Of a stretch of 64,000 bases of DNA, positions 28,411 through 37,852 are shown piece after piece. Below the pieces are notes generated by a model that worked only from the letters and a program-made list of their open reading frames with translations, was not told where the DNA came from and searched no databases. Origin of the DNA: an uncultured Candidatus Saccharibacteria bacterium (lineage in GTDB: Bacteria > Patescibacteriota > Minisyncoccia > Phycocordibacterales > PALSA-1337). Every line of letters starts with the position of its first letter. The first letter of the stretch is position 1. The translations under genes were made by a program, and so were the position numbers. The DNA is taken from positions 297,521 to 361,520 of the forward strand of contig CAZBVQ010000001.1 in NCBI GenBank assembly GCA_964495685.1. The letters are read 5' to 3'.

Positions 28411-28671
28411 TCATTTCTTCGCCGCCGCGGGTTTCGGTGTCTTTGGTGCTTTGACCCGATATACAACCAGTACGCCTTCCAGCCAACCGTTGCTGGTCGA
28501 TTTTGTGCTAACGGTGACTATTCGGGCGGTTGGATTTTGTTTTTCCCACGCAGTGATAAGCTGGGCGGCGTCATCACAATTGCTAGCCCTGAGATAGACG
28601 GCCCCCGCATGAGCGGGCACGGCTGCAATGATGAGAAATAATGTCGTTACGAATACAAGGAGCTTTTTCAT
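28411..28671 (-). CDS. small secreted hypothetical protein
   Basis: Internal Met start gives signal peptide MKKLLVFVTTLFLIIAAVPAHA; 86 aa; Lys/Pro/Ala-rich C-terminal tail. Confidence 0.45.
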   Translation of the reverse strand: MKKLLVFVTTLFLIIAAVPAHAGAVYLRASNCDDAAQLITAWEKQNPTARIVTVSTKSTSNGWLEGVLVVYRVKAPKTPKPAAAKK

Positions 28672-29055
28672 TTTTCGAGAGGTCTTTCTGTCCCCGGGGG
28701 GTTGATTTGTAGAGGCGGGGCACCTCAAAAACTACATGTAATATGATGGCATGTTTTATTATAAAAGTCAAGACATCGTAACTGAATAACAAAGACCCTT
28801 GCAATTTTACATAACGCTAATTATAATTAGCATGCCAATCTCGTGTATTTTCTCGTAAACATATAAGGACTTGTACGGTTATAAGAACTAAGCATAAAAA
28901 GATGGTTTCAAGCAAAACACTCAATGCGCATCTAAAAACAGTTAGGGGTATTGTCGTTAAGAATTTCGCAATAATAGATCTAAAATTAGAAGAAATGAAT
29001 CAGTGCATGAAACGTATCGAGGTAAATCAGAAAAAGAGTGTACCGGGCGACTCCA

Positions 29056-30015
29056 TTACATACACGGAAACATAATCGTGAATGTCGAACCGACACCTTC
29101 CTGACTTTCGACGGTGATCGTGCCTTGGAGATCTTCTTCGACAATCATCCTGACCGTCGAGAGACCTATTCCTGTACCTTTCGCTTTGGTCGTAAATGAT
29201 TCTTTGAACAATCTGCCCTGAGTCGATTCGGACATACCTATACCTGTATCGTGTATTGAAATACGTATACGGCCATCTTCTTTGTGGGCACGTACGGTGA
29301 CATTCTTGGCCTCATCTGAAGTGTCGGTACCGCCTCGTTCGATACATGCATCGATACCATTGGTGACTAGGTTGAGTAGAAGTTGGTGTAAACGGACAGG
29401 ATGGATATTCACGGTGAGTGATGAAGGATTGTCCAATACGATGCGCACCTGTGCCATGCGCGCCTTGTAGCCGAGTACGTCTCTTACAATTTCCGCTTCG
29501 TGCCAGAAATCACTTGTTTCGACCGGTTGTGCGCGGTTGGTCTCGAGACAGCGACGTACGCTGTCCATATATGAACCGAGACGGCGTGAAGTCTCGAGCA
29601 TCTTGGTGATCATGCCACGGCTCGTCTCAGATAGGGAGTCACGGTGAGCCATATTCTCGGCATAGGTCGTGAGTGCCGCCAACGGATTCATGAGATCATG
29701 GAATAATCCTTGAGATAGTGTGCCGAAACGGGCGGTGCGGTCTAGTTCAATAAATCGTTGCTCTTCCGATCTGACGAGGGCACGAGTGCGCTCGGCGATG
29801 CGTCGTTCGAAGCGGAGTCGTTCGGCGTGCATCGCTTCGTCTGACAACTCTTCGAGTCGTCGCGAGGTCTTGATCTGGGTATATGACAGTATCGCCACAA
29901 TGATTACGAACAGTGTCACAAATGAGTACATCACTACATCCACTGCCGAGACGGAGAGTGTCGCGGCGGTGGACGAGCCCTCAGCATACGCCTGCATGTA
30001 CGAGAGGGAATTCAT
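29056..30015 (-). CDS. sensor histidine kinase (short membrane-anchored, HisKA, HATPase_c)
   Basis: H-box FHDLMNPLAAL, N-box NLVTNGIDA, G-boxes HDTGIGM and GTGIGLSTV; one or two N-terminal TM helices. Confidence 0.9.
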   Translation of the reverse strand: MNSLSYMQAYAEGSSTAATLSVSAVDVVMYSFVTLFVIIVAILSYTQIKTSRRLEELSDEAMHAERLRFERRIAERTRALVRSEEQRFIELDRTARFGTLSQGLFHDLMNPLAALTTYAENMAHRDSLSETSRGMITKMLETSRRLGSYMDSVRRCLETNRAQPVETSDFWHEAEIVRDVLGYKARMAQVRIVLDNPSSLTVNIHPVRLHQLLLNLVTNGIDACIERGGTDTSDEAKNVTVRAHKEDGRIRISIHDTGIGMSESTQGRLFKESFTTKAKGTGIGLSTVRMIVEEDLQGTITVESQEGVGSTFTIMFPCM

Positions 30016-30163
30016 ATTAATGAATGATGCGGGAAGACGAATCGTGCACAGTAGTCATCATGCGATTAGTGGTAAGCGTTGCGTCGACACGTAACTCTAG
30101 GTACCGTATCAGGTCGAAATGAAGAAATAATGAAGAATTGCTGAAGATTTGCTGAAGATCTGT

Positions 30164-30847
30164 TCATGTGTTCTTGTTGCGAGAAAATATCATGTATCCT
30201 CGCCCGGGGCTATTCTCGATGAGATCGGGAGCTCCTGCAGCAGCCAATTTCTTGCGAAGGTTGCGGATGTGCGTTTCGACGGTGTTGGAAAGGGAGTCGC
30301 TGTCAGCACTCCAGACATATTCGAGTATCATGGCGCGTGAGACAATGGTGTCACGGTGACGGGCAAGATATTCGAGTACGCCGAATTCTTTGCGTGTCAG
30401 ATGGATCTCTGTGCCATTGTAGGAGACTGTTCCTGCATTCAAGTCGAGTGTTATGCCACATAGATTGATCGTCTCAGTATGATCAATAGCTGGTCGTCGA
30501 TGGAGCGCCCGGAGGCGGGCCTGCAATTCAGCTGAGGCGATCGGCTTGACGACATAATCATCGGCGCCCGCATCGAAGGCTGCGACTTTGGTCGTTAGGT
30601 CATCAATAACGGTGCAAAATATGATAGGAGTCACTTTGCCTGAGGCGCGAATCTCTCTACAGATAGTGAGCCCATCTTTTTTCGGAAGAGAATAATCGAG
30701 GACGATGGCGTCATAATCATAGCTCTTGCCTAGGAATGAACCTTCGCCTCCTTCAGTGGCAACGTCGACAATGTGACCAGCGGCTACCAAGCCGTTCGTC
30801 GTCATCTCGGCAAGCAACGGGTCGTCTTCAACGAGGAGAATTTTCAT
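30164..30847 (-). CDS. OmpR-family response regulator (REC plus winged-helix)
   Basis: MKILLVEDDPLLAE...DAIVLDYSLPKKDG...KPI receiver domain; C-terminal trans_reg_C pattern (LTRKEFGVLEYLARH...RGYM). Confidence 0.9.
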   Translation of the reverse strand: MKILLVEDDPLLAEMTTNGLVAAGHIVDVATEGGEGSFLGKSYDYDAIVLDYSLPKKDGLTICREIRASGKVTPIIFCTVIDDLTTKVAAFDAGADDYVVKPIASAELQARLRALHRRPAIDHTETINLCGITLDLNAGTVSYNGTEIHLTRKEFGVLEYLARHRDTIVSRAMILEYVWSADSDSLSNTVETHIRNLRKKLAAAGAPDLIENSPGRGYMIFSRNKNT

Positions 30848-30997
30848 ACATGTGGCGAGTATATCAAACGTGTATAATAAATCGAGTCCACAGGCGGCTG
30901 TAGTATAGGTATAACCTGTTAATTGTTGTGTGGGGCGGAAGAGAGTACAATTGATGGTATATTCTTATCCTTACGATTACTCTACTATAAATACTAT

Positions 30998-32383
30998 ATG
31001 AAAAAATACATTATTGCTTCAAGTATCGCACTCGTGGCCATAGTCTCTGTGGCTAGCGCGCAAGAATACGCATTTTCGAAAAATCTCACTGTAGGTACTG
31101 TGGGTGATGACGTCGCCCAACTCCAATCGTGGTTGATCGGGAACGGCTTCGACATTGCGGCTGTCAGTTCGGGCAAAGTCGCCAAAGGATATTTCGGTGA
31201 ACAGACGCGTCAAGCCCTCAAGCGATTCCAAGAAAGTGAAGGGCTTCCTGGTACTGGTTATTTCGGTCCCTTGAGTCGAGCTCGTCTTCATGATCGTAAT
31301 CCGGTTCGTACTGATTCTCGTGCACCAATCATCAATAATGTTGATGCTCCGACGGTACTCTCGGTCAATGAGAGTGGTACATGGAGTATCAAAGCAACTG
31401 ATCCCCAGAATGGTACATTGAGATATTATGTCGAATGGGGAGATGCTCTGGAATATGCTGCCGTGAAATGTCCGGATGGATACGTCTGTAGCCCGGTCGG
31501 AGTCAATCCATCTGCTCCAGCAGTTCAGCAGTCTTCGACATTCACACATGCTTATACCGAACCTAGCACGTACAAGGTGAGATTCACGGTCAGTAATAGT
31601 CTCGGACTCTCGAGTCGATCGACTGCTACGGTCAAAGTCGTCGGATCTAGCGCTGGTGCACTCAAGGTGGTATCTCCGAATGGTGGTGAATATTGGCAGC
31701 GCGGTACAACTCAGACTATTCGTTGGAATTCGCCGACGTATTTCAGGGCGACGTATGCGGATATAAAGATACGTACTTATCAAGAACCGTGCCCGTCTGG
31801 ATTTTCGTGCATACCTCTACCAATACTTGAATATACAATTGCTCGTAATGTCGGCATCAACCAGAATTCATATTCATGGAATGTCGGCCAATACCAGCCA
31901 GATGTCGTCCCAGCGATATACCCGGCTCCTACATATTTAGTCCCAAATGATGGAAGGCGATACATCCTTAAAATCTGCGAGACCGGAACCATCAATTGTG
32001 CCTCGAGTGACAAACCGTTCACTATTACGGCCGGTCCAGACGTAACTGTCGTATCTCCTAACGGAGGTGAAACATGGGTAGCTGGCTCGGCACAGTATCT
32101 GCGCTGGACTCTCACCGCTTCGACTGACACCAATACACGACTCGATCTCTATCTTGACCAATCAAGTTATTGTAATACAGCGCCCTGTACTACGACGCCT
32201 AATTCCAGGATGTATGTCCTGGACAAGAATATTCCGATTACTATGGCGTACAACTGGGTTGTGGCTACCGACGTGGATAATGTAAAAATACCCGCAGGTA
32301 ACTACCGGTTTCGTGTGTGTGCAGCTGGATCTACGACAGTATGCGACTCAAGTGAGGCAGCTTTCACTATCTCCAACAATTAA
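30998..32383 (+). CDS. secreted peptidoglycan-binding domain protein with repeated Kre9/KNH-like (Ser/Thr-rich GPI-anchored-like) domains
   Basis: Signal peptide MKKYIIASSIALVAIVSVASA; PG_binding_1-like segment (VAQLQSWLIGNGFD...GYFGEQTRQALKRFQESEGL); repeated VVSPNGGExW..G..Q.IRW units. Confidence 0.65.
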   Translation: MKKYIIASSIALVAIVSVASAQEYAFSKNLTVGTVGDDVAQLQSWLIGNGFDIAAVSSGKVAKGYFGEQTRQALKRFQESEGLPGTGYFGPLSRARLHDRNPVRTDSRAPIINNVDAPTVLSVNESGTWSIKATDPQNGTLRYYVEWGDALEYAAVKCPDGYVCSPVGVNPSAPAVQQSSTFTHAYTEPSTYKVRFTVSNSLGLSSRSTATVKVVGSSAGALKVVSPNGGEYWQRGTTQTIRWNSPTYFRATYADIKIRTYQEPCPSGFSCIPLPILEYTIARNVGINQNSYSWNVGQYQPDVVPAIYPAPTYLVPNDGRRYILKICETGTINCASSDKPFTITAGPDVTVVSPNGGETWVAGSAQYLRWTLTASTDTNTRLDLYLDQSSYCNTAPCTTTPNSRMYVLDKNIPITMAYNWVVATDVDNVKIPAGNYRFRVCAAGSTTVCDSSEAAFTISNN

Positions 32384-32384
32384 T

Positions 32385-32401
32385 TCTAGGCCCGGCCTAG
32401 A
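32385..32401. repeat. 17-bp palindrome TCTAGGCCCGGCCTAGA
   Basis: Perfect palindrome 1 nt after the stop codon of the preceding gene; same family as 8604 and 17493. Confidence 0.8.
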
Positions 32402-32405
32402 AAAG

Positions 32406-32434
32406 TTTGACACCTACTTATCCACATGCTAGAC
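32406..32434 (+). promoter_or_regulatory. candidate promoter TTGACA-N17-TAGACT upstream of tuf
   Basis: Consensus -35 and 4/6 -10 hexamer about 200 nt upstream of the tuf ATG. Confidence 0.45.
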
Positions 32435-32631
32435 TCTCCGGTACGCGCTTGGCCTCCGTCGGCCCGACCTACTGGTCGCCAGCGTTTTCGAATTGATTTC
32501 CTCGTAAAATCATAGTTCGAATTTAAAAACTAGTAACAATTTATCTCTGAGCTTTTGAATCGCGTCGTTTGGGTGTACACGCACCAATTCAGACGATGAC
32601 ATTCAAGAGTAAAGAGCACTAAACTAATATT

Positions 32632-33819
32632 ATGGCAGCAGAATTCAATCGTACGAAGCCGCACGTGAACGTCGGTACCATCGGTCACGTTGACCACGGC
32701 AAGACTACTCTTACCGCGTCTATTCTTGCAGTTCAGGCCAAGAAGGGCCTCGCAAAGGACAAGGCTTATTCAGATATCGCCAAGGGCGGTACCGTTCGTG
32801 ACGCATCCAAGATCGTCACGATCTCTCTCGCACACGTCGAATATGAGAGTGCAACTCGTCACTATGCTCACATCGATGCTCCAGGTCACGCTGACTATAT
32901 CAAGAACATGATTACTGGTGCCGCCCAGATGGACGGTGCTATTCTCGTGGTTTCAGCTCTTGATGGTGTTATGCCTCAGACTCGTGAACATATCCTTCTT
33001 GCAAAGCAGGTCGGTGTGCCGAAGGTGCTCGTATTCCTCAACAAGTGTGACATGGTTCCGGAGAAGGACCTCCTCGACCTCGTCGAAGAAGAGGTGCGTG
33101 AACTCCTCACCAAGAATGGTTTCGACGGCAAGACCGCTCCGGTTATCCGTGGTTCAGCTCTCAAGGCCCTCGAAGGTGATGCTGCATGGACCGTCAAGAT
33201 CGATGAGCTCATGAATGCTCTCGACAGTTATATCCCGATGCCGACTCGCGAAATCGACAAGCCATTCCTCATGCCTATCGAAGACATCTTCTCGATCGAA
33301 GGTCGCGGAACAGTGGTTACTGGTCGTATCGAGCGTGGTCAGGTCAAGGTTGGTGATGAAGTCGAGATCATCGGCTTCCGTGATACTACCAAGACCACCA
33401 TCACTGGTATCGAAATGTTCAACAAGCAGCTCAAAGAGGGTATTGCTGGTGACAACGCCGGTCTCCTCCTCCGTGGTACTGCCAAGGATGACGTTTCTCG
33501 TGGCCAGGTACTCGCCAAGACTGGTTCAGTCAAGCCTCACACCGAATTCGAGTCAGAAGTATACGTTCTCAAGAAGGAGGAAGGTGGCCGCCACACTCCA
33601 TTCTTTACAGGATACAAGCCTCAGTTCTATATCCGCACAACAGACGTTACTGGCGAAGTGACCCTCCCAGAAAAGGTAGAGATGGTCATGCCTGGCGACA
33701 CTATTACCTTCAAGGTCAAGCTCGTTGCTCCAGTTGCTCTCGAAGACAAGATGCGTTTCGCTGTCCGCGAGGGTGGCAAGACCGTCGGTGCCGGCGTTAT
33801 CACCAAAGTCGTCGCATAA
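32632..33819 (+). CDS. tuf: elongation factor Tu
   Basis: [22 protein letters not shown] motifs; 395 aa. Confidence 0.97.
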   Translation: MAAEFNRTKPHVNVGTIGHVDHGKTTLTASILAVQAKKGLAKDKAYSDIAKGGTVRDASKIVTISLAHVEYESATRHYAHIDAPGHADYIKNMITGAAQMDGAILVVSALDGVMPQTREHILLAKQVGVPKVLVFLNKCDMVPEKDLLDLVEEEVRELLTKNGFDGKTAPVIRGSALKALEGDAAWTVKIDELMNALDSYIPMPTREIDKPFLMPIEDIFSIEGRGTVVTGRIERGQVKVGDEVEIIGFRDTTKTTITGIEMFNKQLKEGIAGDNAGLLLRGTAKDDVSRGQVLAKTGSVKPHTEFESEVYVLKKEEGGRHTPFFTGYKPQFYIRTTDVTGEVTLPEKVEMVMPGDTITFKVKLVAPVALEDKMRFAVREGGKTVGAGVITKVVA

Positions 33820-33830
33820 TTATTGCTTCC

Positions 33831-34214
33831 ATGGCTACCACAAAAGACACAGCAAAGAAGGCTCCCGCAAAAGCACCTCGTGCTCGCAAAGCCAAGGTAG
33901 CTGGTGAAGCTCCTCATCTCCGCATTCGCGTTCGTGCATACGAACACAAGATCCTCGATGCATCACTCAAGCAGATCATGGATACTGCTGCTCGTTATGA
34001 TGCAGAGATCCACGGTCCGGTACCACTACCGACCGAGATCAAGAAGTACACGGTCAACCGTTCATCATTTATTGACAAGAACAGCCGTGAACAGTTCGAG
34101 ATGCGTGTACACAAGAGACTGATCGATATTATCAATCCCAACCCCAAGGTCATCGAAGCATTGACCAACCTCAGTCTTCCATCAGGTGTGAACATTGATG
34201 TGAAGATGATGTAG
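33831..34214 (+). CDS. rpsJ: 30S ribosomal protein S10 (with Lys/Ala-rich N-terminal extension)
   Basis: Core RIRVRAYEHKILD...IHGPVPLPT; about 25-aa extension MATTKDTAKKAPAKAPRARKAKVAGE. Confidence 0.9.
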   Translation: MATTKDTAKKAPAKAPRARKAKVAGEAPHLRIRVRAYEHKILDASLKQIMDTAARYDAEIHGPVPLPTEIKKYTVNRSSFIDKNSREQFEMRVHKRLIDIINPNPKVIEALTNLSLPSGVNIDVKMM

Positions 34215-34223
34215 ATTGAAAAA

Positions 34224-34293
34224 GGGACAGGGTACAAGGGGCAAGGTACAAGGAATTCATACTTGTACCCTGTACCTTGGAACTTGTACCTCA
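34224..34293 (+). promoter_or_regulatory. alternative-hairpin (attenuator-like) element between rpsJ and rplC
   Basis: Three GGTACAAGG units followed by three CTTGTACC units; perfect 12-bp pairing of 34226-34237 with 34262-34273 and a competing 9-bp pairing of 34244-34252 with 34282-34290. Confidence 0.5.
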
Positions 34294-34302
34294 TTTACTG
34301 AC

Positions 34303-34923
34303 ATGAAATTCATTCTTGGAAGAAAGCTGAATATGACCCAGGTCTTCAATGAGACCGGTGTTGCCGTCCCGGTGACAGCTGTTTCTGTACGCGCCAATAT
34401 CGTCACTCAGGTTCGCACCAAAGAGGCCGATGGATACGAAGCGTTGCAACTCGGTGAAGGATCTCGTAATGCTACCCGTATCGCCAAGGCCCAGAAGGGT
34501 CAATGGAAAGATCTCGGTTCATTCGCATCAGTTCGTGAGTTCCGTGATTTTGCACCGAATGCTGGCACTCCGACTCTCAAAGTCGGTGACAAGGTAGAAC
34601 TCTCACAGTTCGTGGCAGGAGATACTGTCACCGTGAGCGCTATTTCGAAGGGTAAGGGCTTCCAGGGTGTGGTCAAGCGCCACGGCTTCGGTGGTGGTCC
34701 TCGTTCACACGGTCAGAAGCACTCAGAACGTGAGCCAGGTTCTATCGGTGGAGGTCTCCGCACTCGTGTGCCAGTAGCTACACGCATGGCAGGTCGCATG
34801 GGTTCTGACCGTATCACTGTCAAGAATTTGAAAGTCGCACACATTGACCAGGAAGAAGGCGTCATGTATGTTTCTGGAGCTATTCCAGGCACACGCGGCA
34901 CATTAGTCGAAATCGTAGGCTAG
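34303..34923 (+). CDS. rplC: 50S ribosomal protein L3
   Basis: Start at internal ATG MKFILGRKLNMTQVF; conserved L3 blocks. Confidence 0.9.
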   Translation: MKFILGRKLNMTQVFNETGVAVPVTAVSVRANIVTQVRTKEADGYEALQLGEGSRNATRIAKAQKGQWKDLGSFASVREFRDFAPNAGTPTLKVGDKVELSQFVAGDTVTVSAISKGKGFQGVVKRHGFGGGPRSHGQKHSEREPGSIGGGLRTRVPVATRMAGRMGSDRITVKNLKVAHIDQEEGVMYVSGAIPGTRGTLVEIVG

Positions 34924-34934
34924 CATTACATACC

Positions 34935-35594
34935 ATGGAATCAGTCATATACAATCAGAATGGCAAGGCGGCAGGGAAGATCACTCTTTCCAAGGATGTA
35001 TTCGGTCTGCCGTGGAACGCCGACCTCGTACATGAAGTCGTCCGTCTCATGAATTCGAATGCTCGTGATCCGATCGCTCATACCAAGACCCGCGGAGAAG
35101 TCCGTGGTGGTGGTAAGAAGCCGTGGAAACAGAAGGGCACGGGTCGTTCTCGTCACGGTTCATCACGCTCACCTATCTGGGTCGGTGGTGGTATCACTCA
35201 TGGTCCGAGAAACGACAAGAATTTCTCACGCAAGATCAACAAGAAAGTCAGGACCAAGGCCCTCTTCACGATCCTCTCGCGCAAGTTCAAGGATGGTGAA
35301 ATTCTCTTCGTCGATACGCTCTCACTCACTGCCCCAAAGACTGCAGAGGCCAAGAAGATCGTCACTACACTCGCTGGCATCAAGGGATACGAGAAGCTCG
35401 CTACCAAGTCCAAAAATGCCGCTATCGTCGCTCTCGACAAGAAGACAGAAGCAGTTACGAGGAGTTTCCGCAACTTCGGTAATGTCTCAGTCGAAGAGTT
35501 CCGCAATATCAATCCAGTTTCAGTCCTCAATCACACGTACCTCATTGTGACCAATCCGGCTGAATCACTCAAGTCGCTCACCAAGACGAAATAA
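34935..35594 (+). CDS. rplD: 50S ribosomal protein L4
   Basis: L4 pattern RGEVRGGGKKPWKQKGTGRSRHGS. Confidence 0.9.
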   Translation: MESVIYNQNGKAAGKITLSKDVFGLPWNADLVHEVVRLMNSNARDPIAHTKTRGEVRGGGKKPWKQKGTGRSRHGSSRSPIWVGGGITHGPRNDKNFSRKINKKVRTKALFTILSRKFKDGEILFVDTLSLTAPKTAEAKKIVTTLAGIKGYEKLATKSKNAAIVALDKKTEAVTRSFRNFGNVSVEEFRNINPVSVLNHTYLIVTNPAESLKSLTKTK

Positions 35595-35605
35595 TATTTA
35601 CTACC

Positions 35606-36007
35606 ATGGCTTTATTTGGAAAAAAGAAAACTGAATCAACTGAAGTAGTGGCCAAGCCAGTCAAGGCCAAGGCTTCTACGAAAACTGCGACCAAGGCGGT
35701 TGCGGCTCCTGCCGTTGCTACGCCGAGCATCTCTGGTTCAGCAAGTACGATTGTCCGTCCTCGTGTGACTGAGAAGTCAGGACTTTTGAGCCAGTCAGGC
35801 GTCTATACATTCGAGGTCACTACTCGTGCCAACAAGGACACTATCGCTGCAGCTGTCAAAGAATTGTACAAGGTGACTCCAGTCAAGGTCGCTATCGTCA
35901 ACACGCCGTCCAAGAATGTCTTCGTACGCGGTCGCCGCGGTGTTGTTTCTGGTATTCGCAAAGCATTGGTCACCCTCAAGAAAGGTGAAAAGATCGACTT
36001 CGTATAA
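35606..36007 (+). CDS. rplW: 50S ribosomal protein L23 (N-terminal extension)
   Basis: L23 core IVRPRVTEKS...YTFEV...K..I..AV..L.KV.PVKV; Ala/Lys-rich leader. Confidence 0.85.
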   Translation: MALFGKKKTESTEVVAKPVKAKASTKTATKAVAAPAVATPSISGSASTIVRPRVTEKSGLLSQSGVYTFEVTTRANKDTIAAAVKELYKVTPVKVAIVNTPSKNVFVRGRRGVVSGIRKALVTLKKGEKIDFV

Positions 36008-36027
36008 TCGCTTATTACTATACTCAC

Positions 36028-36885
36028 ATGAAATCATTCCGCCCTACATCAAAGTCTCGCCGCCACATGACTGTGCTGCCGTTCAAGCAGTATTTGACCG
36101 CCTCTGAGCCGTACAAGCCGCTTACGGTCGGCTTCAAGCGCGATGTTGGTCGCAATGCATTCGGTCGTATCACCGTCCGTCACAAGGGAGCAGGTCACAA
36201 GAAGCTCTATCGTATGATCGACTTCATGTATGACAAGCACGATATCATCGCTACCGTCAAAACAGTCGAGTACGATCCTTTCCGCACTGGTTACGTAGCA
36301 CTCGTGTCATACAATGATGGTACCAAGCGCTACATCCTTCTTCCGAAGACTATGAAGGTCGGCAACTCATTCATCGTCTCCGAAAAGGCTCCGATCCAGA
36401 CTGGCAATCGTCTTCCGCTCAAGAATATTCCTGTCGGTACATTTATTTACAATATCGAAATCAAGCCGGGCAGCGGTGCCAAGCTCGTCCGTTCAGGTGG
36501 TTCGTTCGCTCAAGTGATCGCAAACGATGCGGGTTATACTCACATCAAGATGCCTTCGACTGAGGTCCGTAAGATTCACGAGAATGCATGGGCTTCGATC
36601 GGTGCTGTCTCGAACGAAGAGAATCGTCTCGTCAATATCGGCAAAGCGGGCCGCTCACGCTGGATGGGTATTCGCCCGACAGTTCGTGGTACTGCTCAGA
36701 ACCCAGTAGATCACCCCTATGGTGGTGGTGAACAGCGCCAGGGTCGTGGTCTCCGCCGTCTCAAGACTCGCTGGGGTAAGCCAGCAGGTAAGGGTCAGAA
36801 GACTCGCGCTCCGAAGAAATATTCCAATGTCTTCATCGTCGCTCGTCGTCAGGTCGGCAAGAAGAAGGCAACTCCTACGCAGTAA
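36028..36885 (+). CDS. rplB: 50S ribosomal protein L2
   Basis: GRNAFGRITVRHKGAGHKK...; 285 aa. Confidence 0.95.
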   Translation: MKSFRPTSKSRRHMTVLPFKQYLTASEPYKPLTVGFKRDVGRNAFGRITVRHKGAGHKKLYRMIDFMYDKHDIIATVKTVEYDPFRTGYVALVSYNDGTKRYILLPKTMKVGNSFIVSEKAPIQTGNRLPLKNIPVGTFIYNIEIKPGSGAKLVRSGGSFAQVIANDAGYTHIKMPSTEVRKIHENAWASIGAVSNEENRLVNIGKAGRSRWMGIRPTVRGTAQNPVDHPYGGGEQRQGRGLRRLKTRWGKPAGKGQKTRAPKKYSNVFIVARRQVGKKKATPTQ

Positions 36886-36907
36886 GATTATTGAAGTATC
36901 CACATTA

Positions 36908-36937
36908 AACAGGGGACTACGGTCCTCTGTTTTGTTA
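36908..36937 (+). terminator. rho-independent terminator after rplB
   Basis: AACAGGGGAC-TACG-GTCCTCTGTT 10-bp stem followed by TTGTT. Confidence 0.7.
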
Positions 36938-37031
36938 TACTTGTTTTCATGTTCAAACTTTTCATTTCAACCACCAAGAAGGTATTTGATTACGTTTTCT
37001 TCAAATTGGTCGACAAATAGGCGATTATTCC

Positions 37032-37060
37032 TTGACTTACAATAGCCCTTTTGTTAGTAT
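37032..37060 (+). promoter_or_regulatory. promoter TTGACT-N17-TAGTAT upstream of rpsS
   Basis: Consensus -35 with 17-nt spacer, 48 nt upstream of the rpsS ATG. Confidence 0.55.
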
Positions 37061-37108
37061 GCTTGGCGAGCTCCACGGAGCTTGTTTTATTCCGTACTCT
37101 ATTTCATT

Positions 37109-37459
37109 ATGGCACGAAGCCTCAAAAAAGGACCATATATCGAAGAGCGACTTTTGAAGAAGATCGCCGGCAAGAAACCCGCCTCATCTGGGGTTATTAA
37201 GACATGGTCACGCCGCTCTCAGATCTCACCAGAAATGGTCGGCTTCACTTTCGGCGTACACAATGGCCGCGCACATATCGATGTATTGGTTACCGAGGAC
37301 ATGGTAGGACACCGCCTCGGTGAATTTTCGCCTACACGCAAGTTCATGCGCCATGGTGGTAAGATGCAGAAGGAGATCGAGATGAAGGCCAAGGAGGCCG
37401 AGCTCGCTGCAGCCAAGTCTGCCAAGGAAGCTGCTACGACCGTTGCCGCCAAGAAATAA
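37109..37459 (+). CDS. rpsS: 30S ribosomal protein S19 (C-terminal Ala/Lys-rich extension)
   Basis: [15 protein letters not shown]...; conserved S19 core. Confidence 0.9.
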   Translation: MARSLKKGPYIEERLLKKIAGKKPASSGVIKTWSRRSQISPEMVGFTFGVHNGRAHIDVLVTEDMVGHRLGEFSPTRKFMRHGGKMQKEIEMKAKEAELAAAKSAKEAATTVAAKK

Positions 37460-37468
37460 TCCACGCCC

Positions 37469-37843
37469 ATGATTACCGCTTCACTCAAGAACATTCGCAT
37501 TTCACCCCGCAAGGTCCGTCTTGTGGCTGATATGGTGCGTGGCAAGAATGTCGCACAGGCCAAGATCATTCTCACTCAGGTGATCAAGAAGGCACGTCAT
37601 CCGCTCGCTGGTCTCCTAGATTCAGCTATCGCCAACGCCTCTCACAATCACAAAATTGATGCTGAGACTCTGTTCGTCAAAGAAATCCGTGTCGACCAGG
37701 GCCTCGTCATGAAACGCTCCATGCCAGTCTCACGCGGATCGGCACATCCGATCAAGAAGCGTACCAGTCATGTGACTATCACCTTGGCTACTCGTGAGGC
37801 AAAGATCAAGAAGGTCACTTCGCCCAAGGCCAAGAAATCATAA
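37469..37843 (+). CDS. rplV: 50S ribosomal protein L22
   Basis: L22 pattern (RISPRKVRLVADMVRGKNV.QA...L). Confidence 0.9.
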   Translation: MITASLKNIRISPRKVRLVADMVRGKNVAQAKIILTQVIKKARHPLAGLLDSAIANASHNHKIDAETLFVKEIRVDQGLVMKRSMPVSRGSAHPIKKRTSHVTITLATREAKIKKVTSPKAKKS

Positions 37844-37852
37844 TTAATCACC

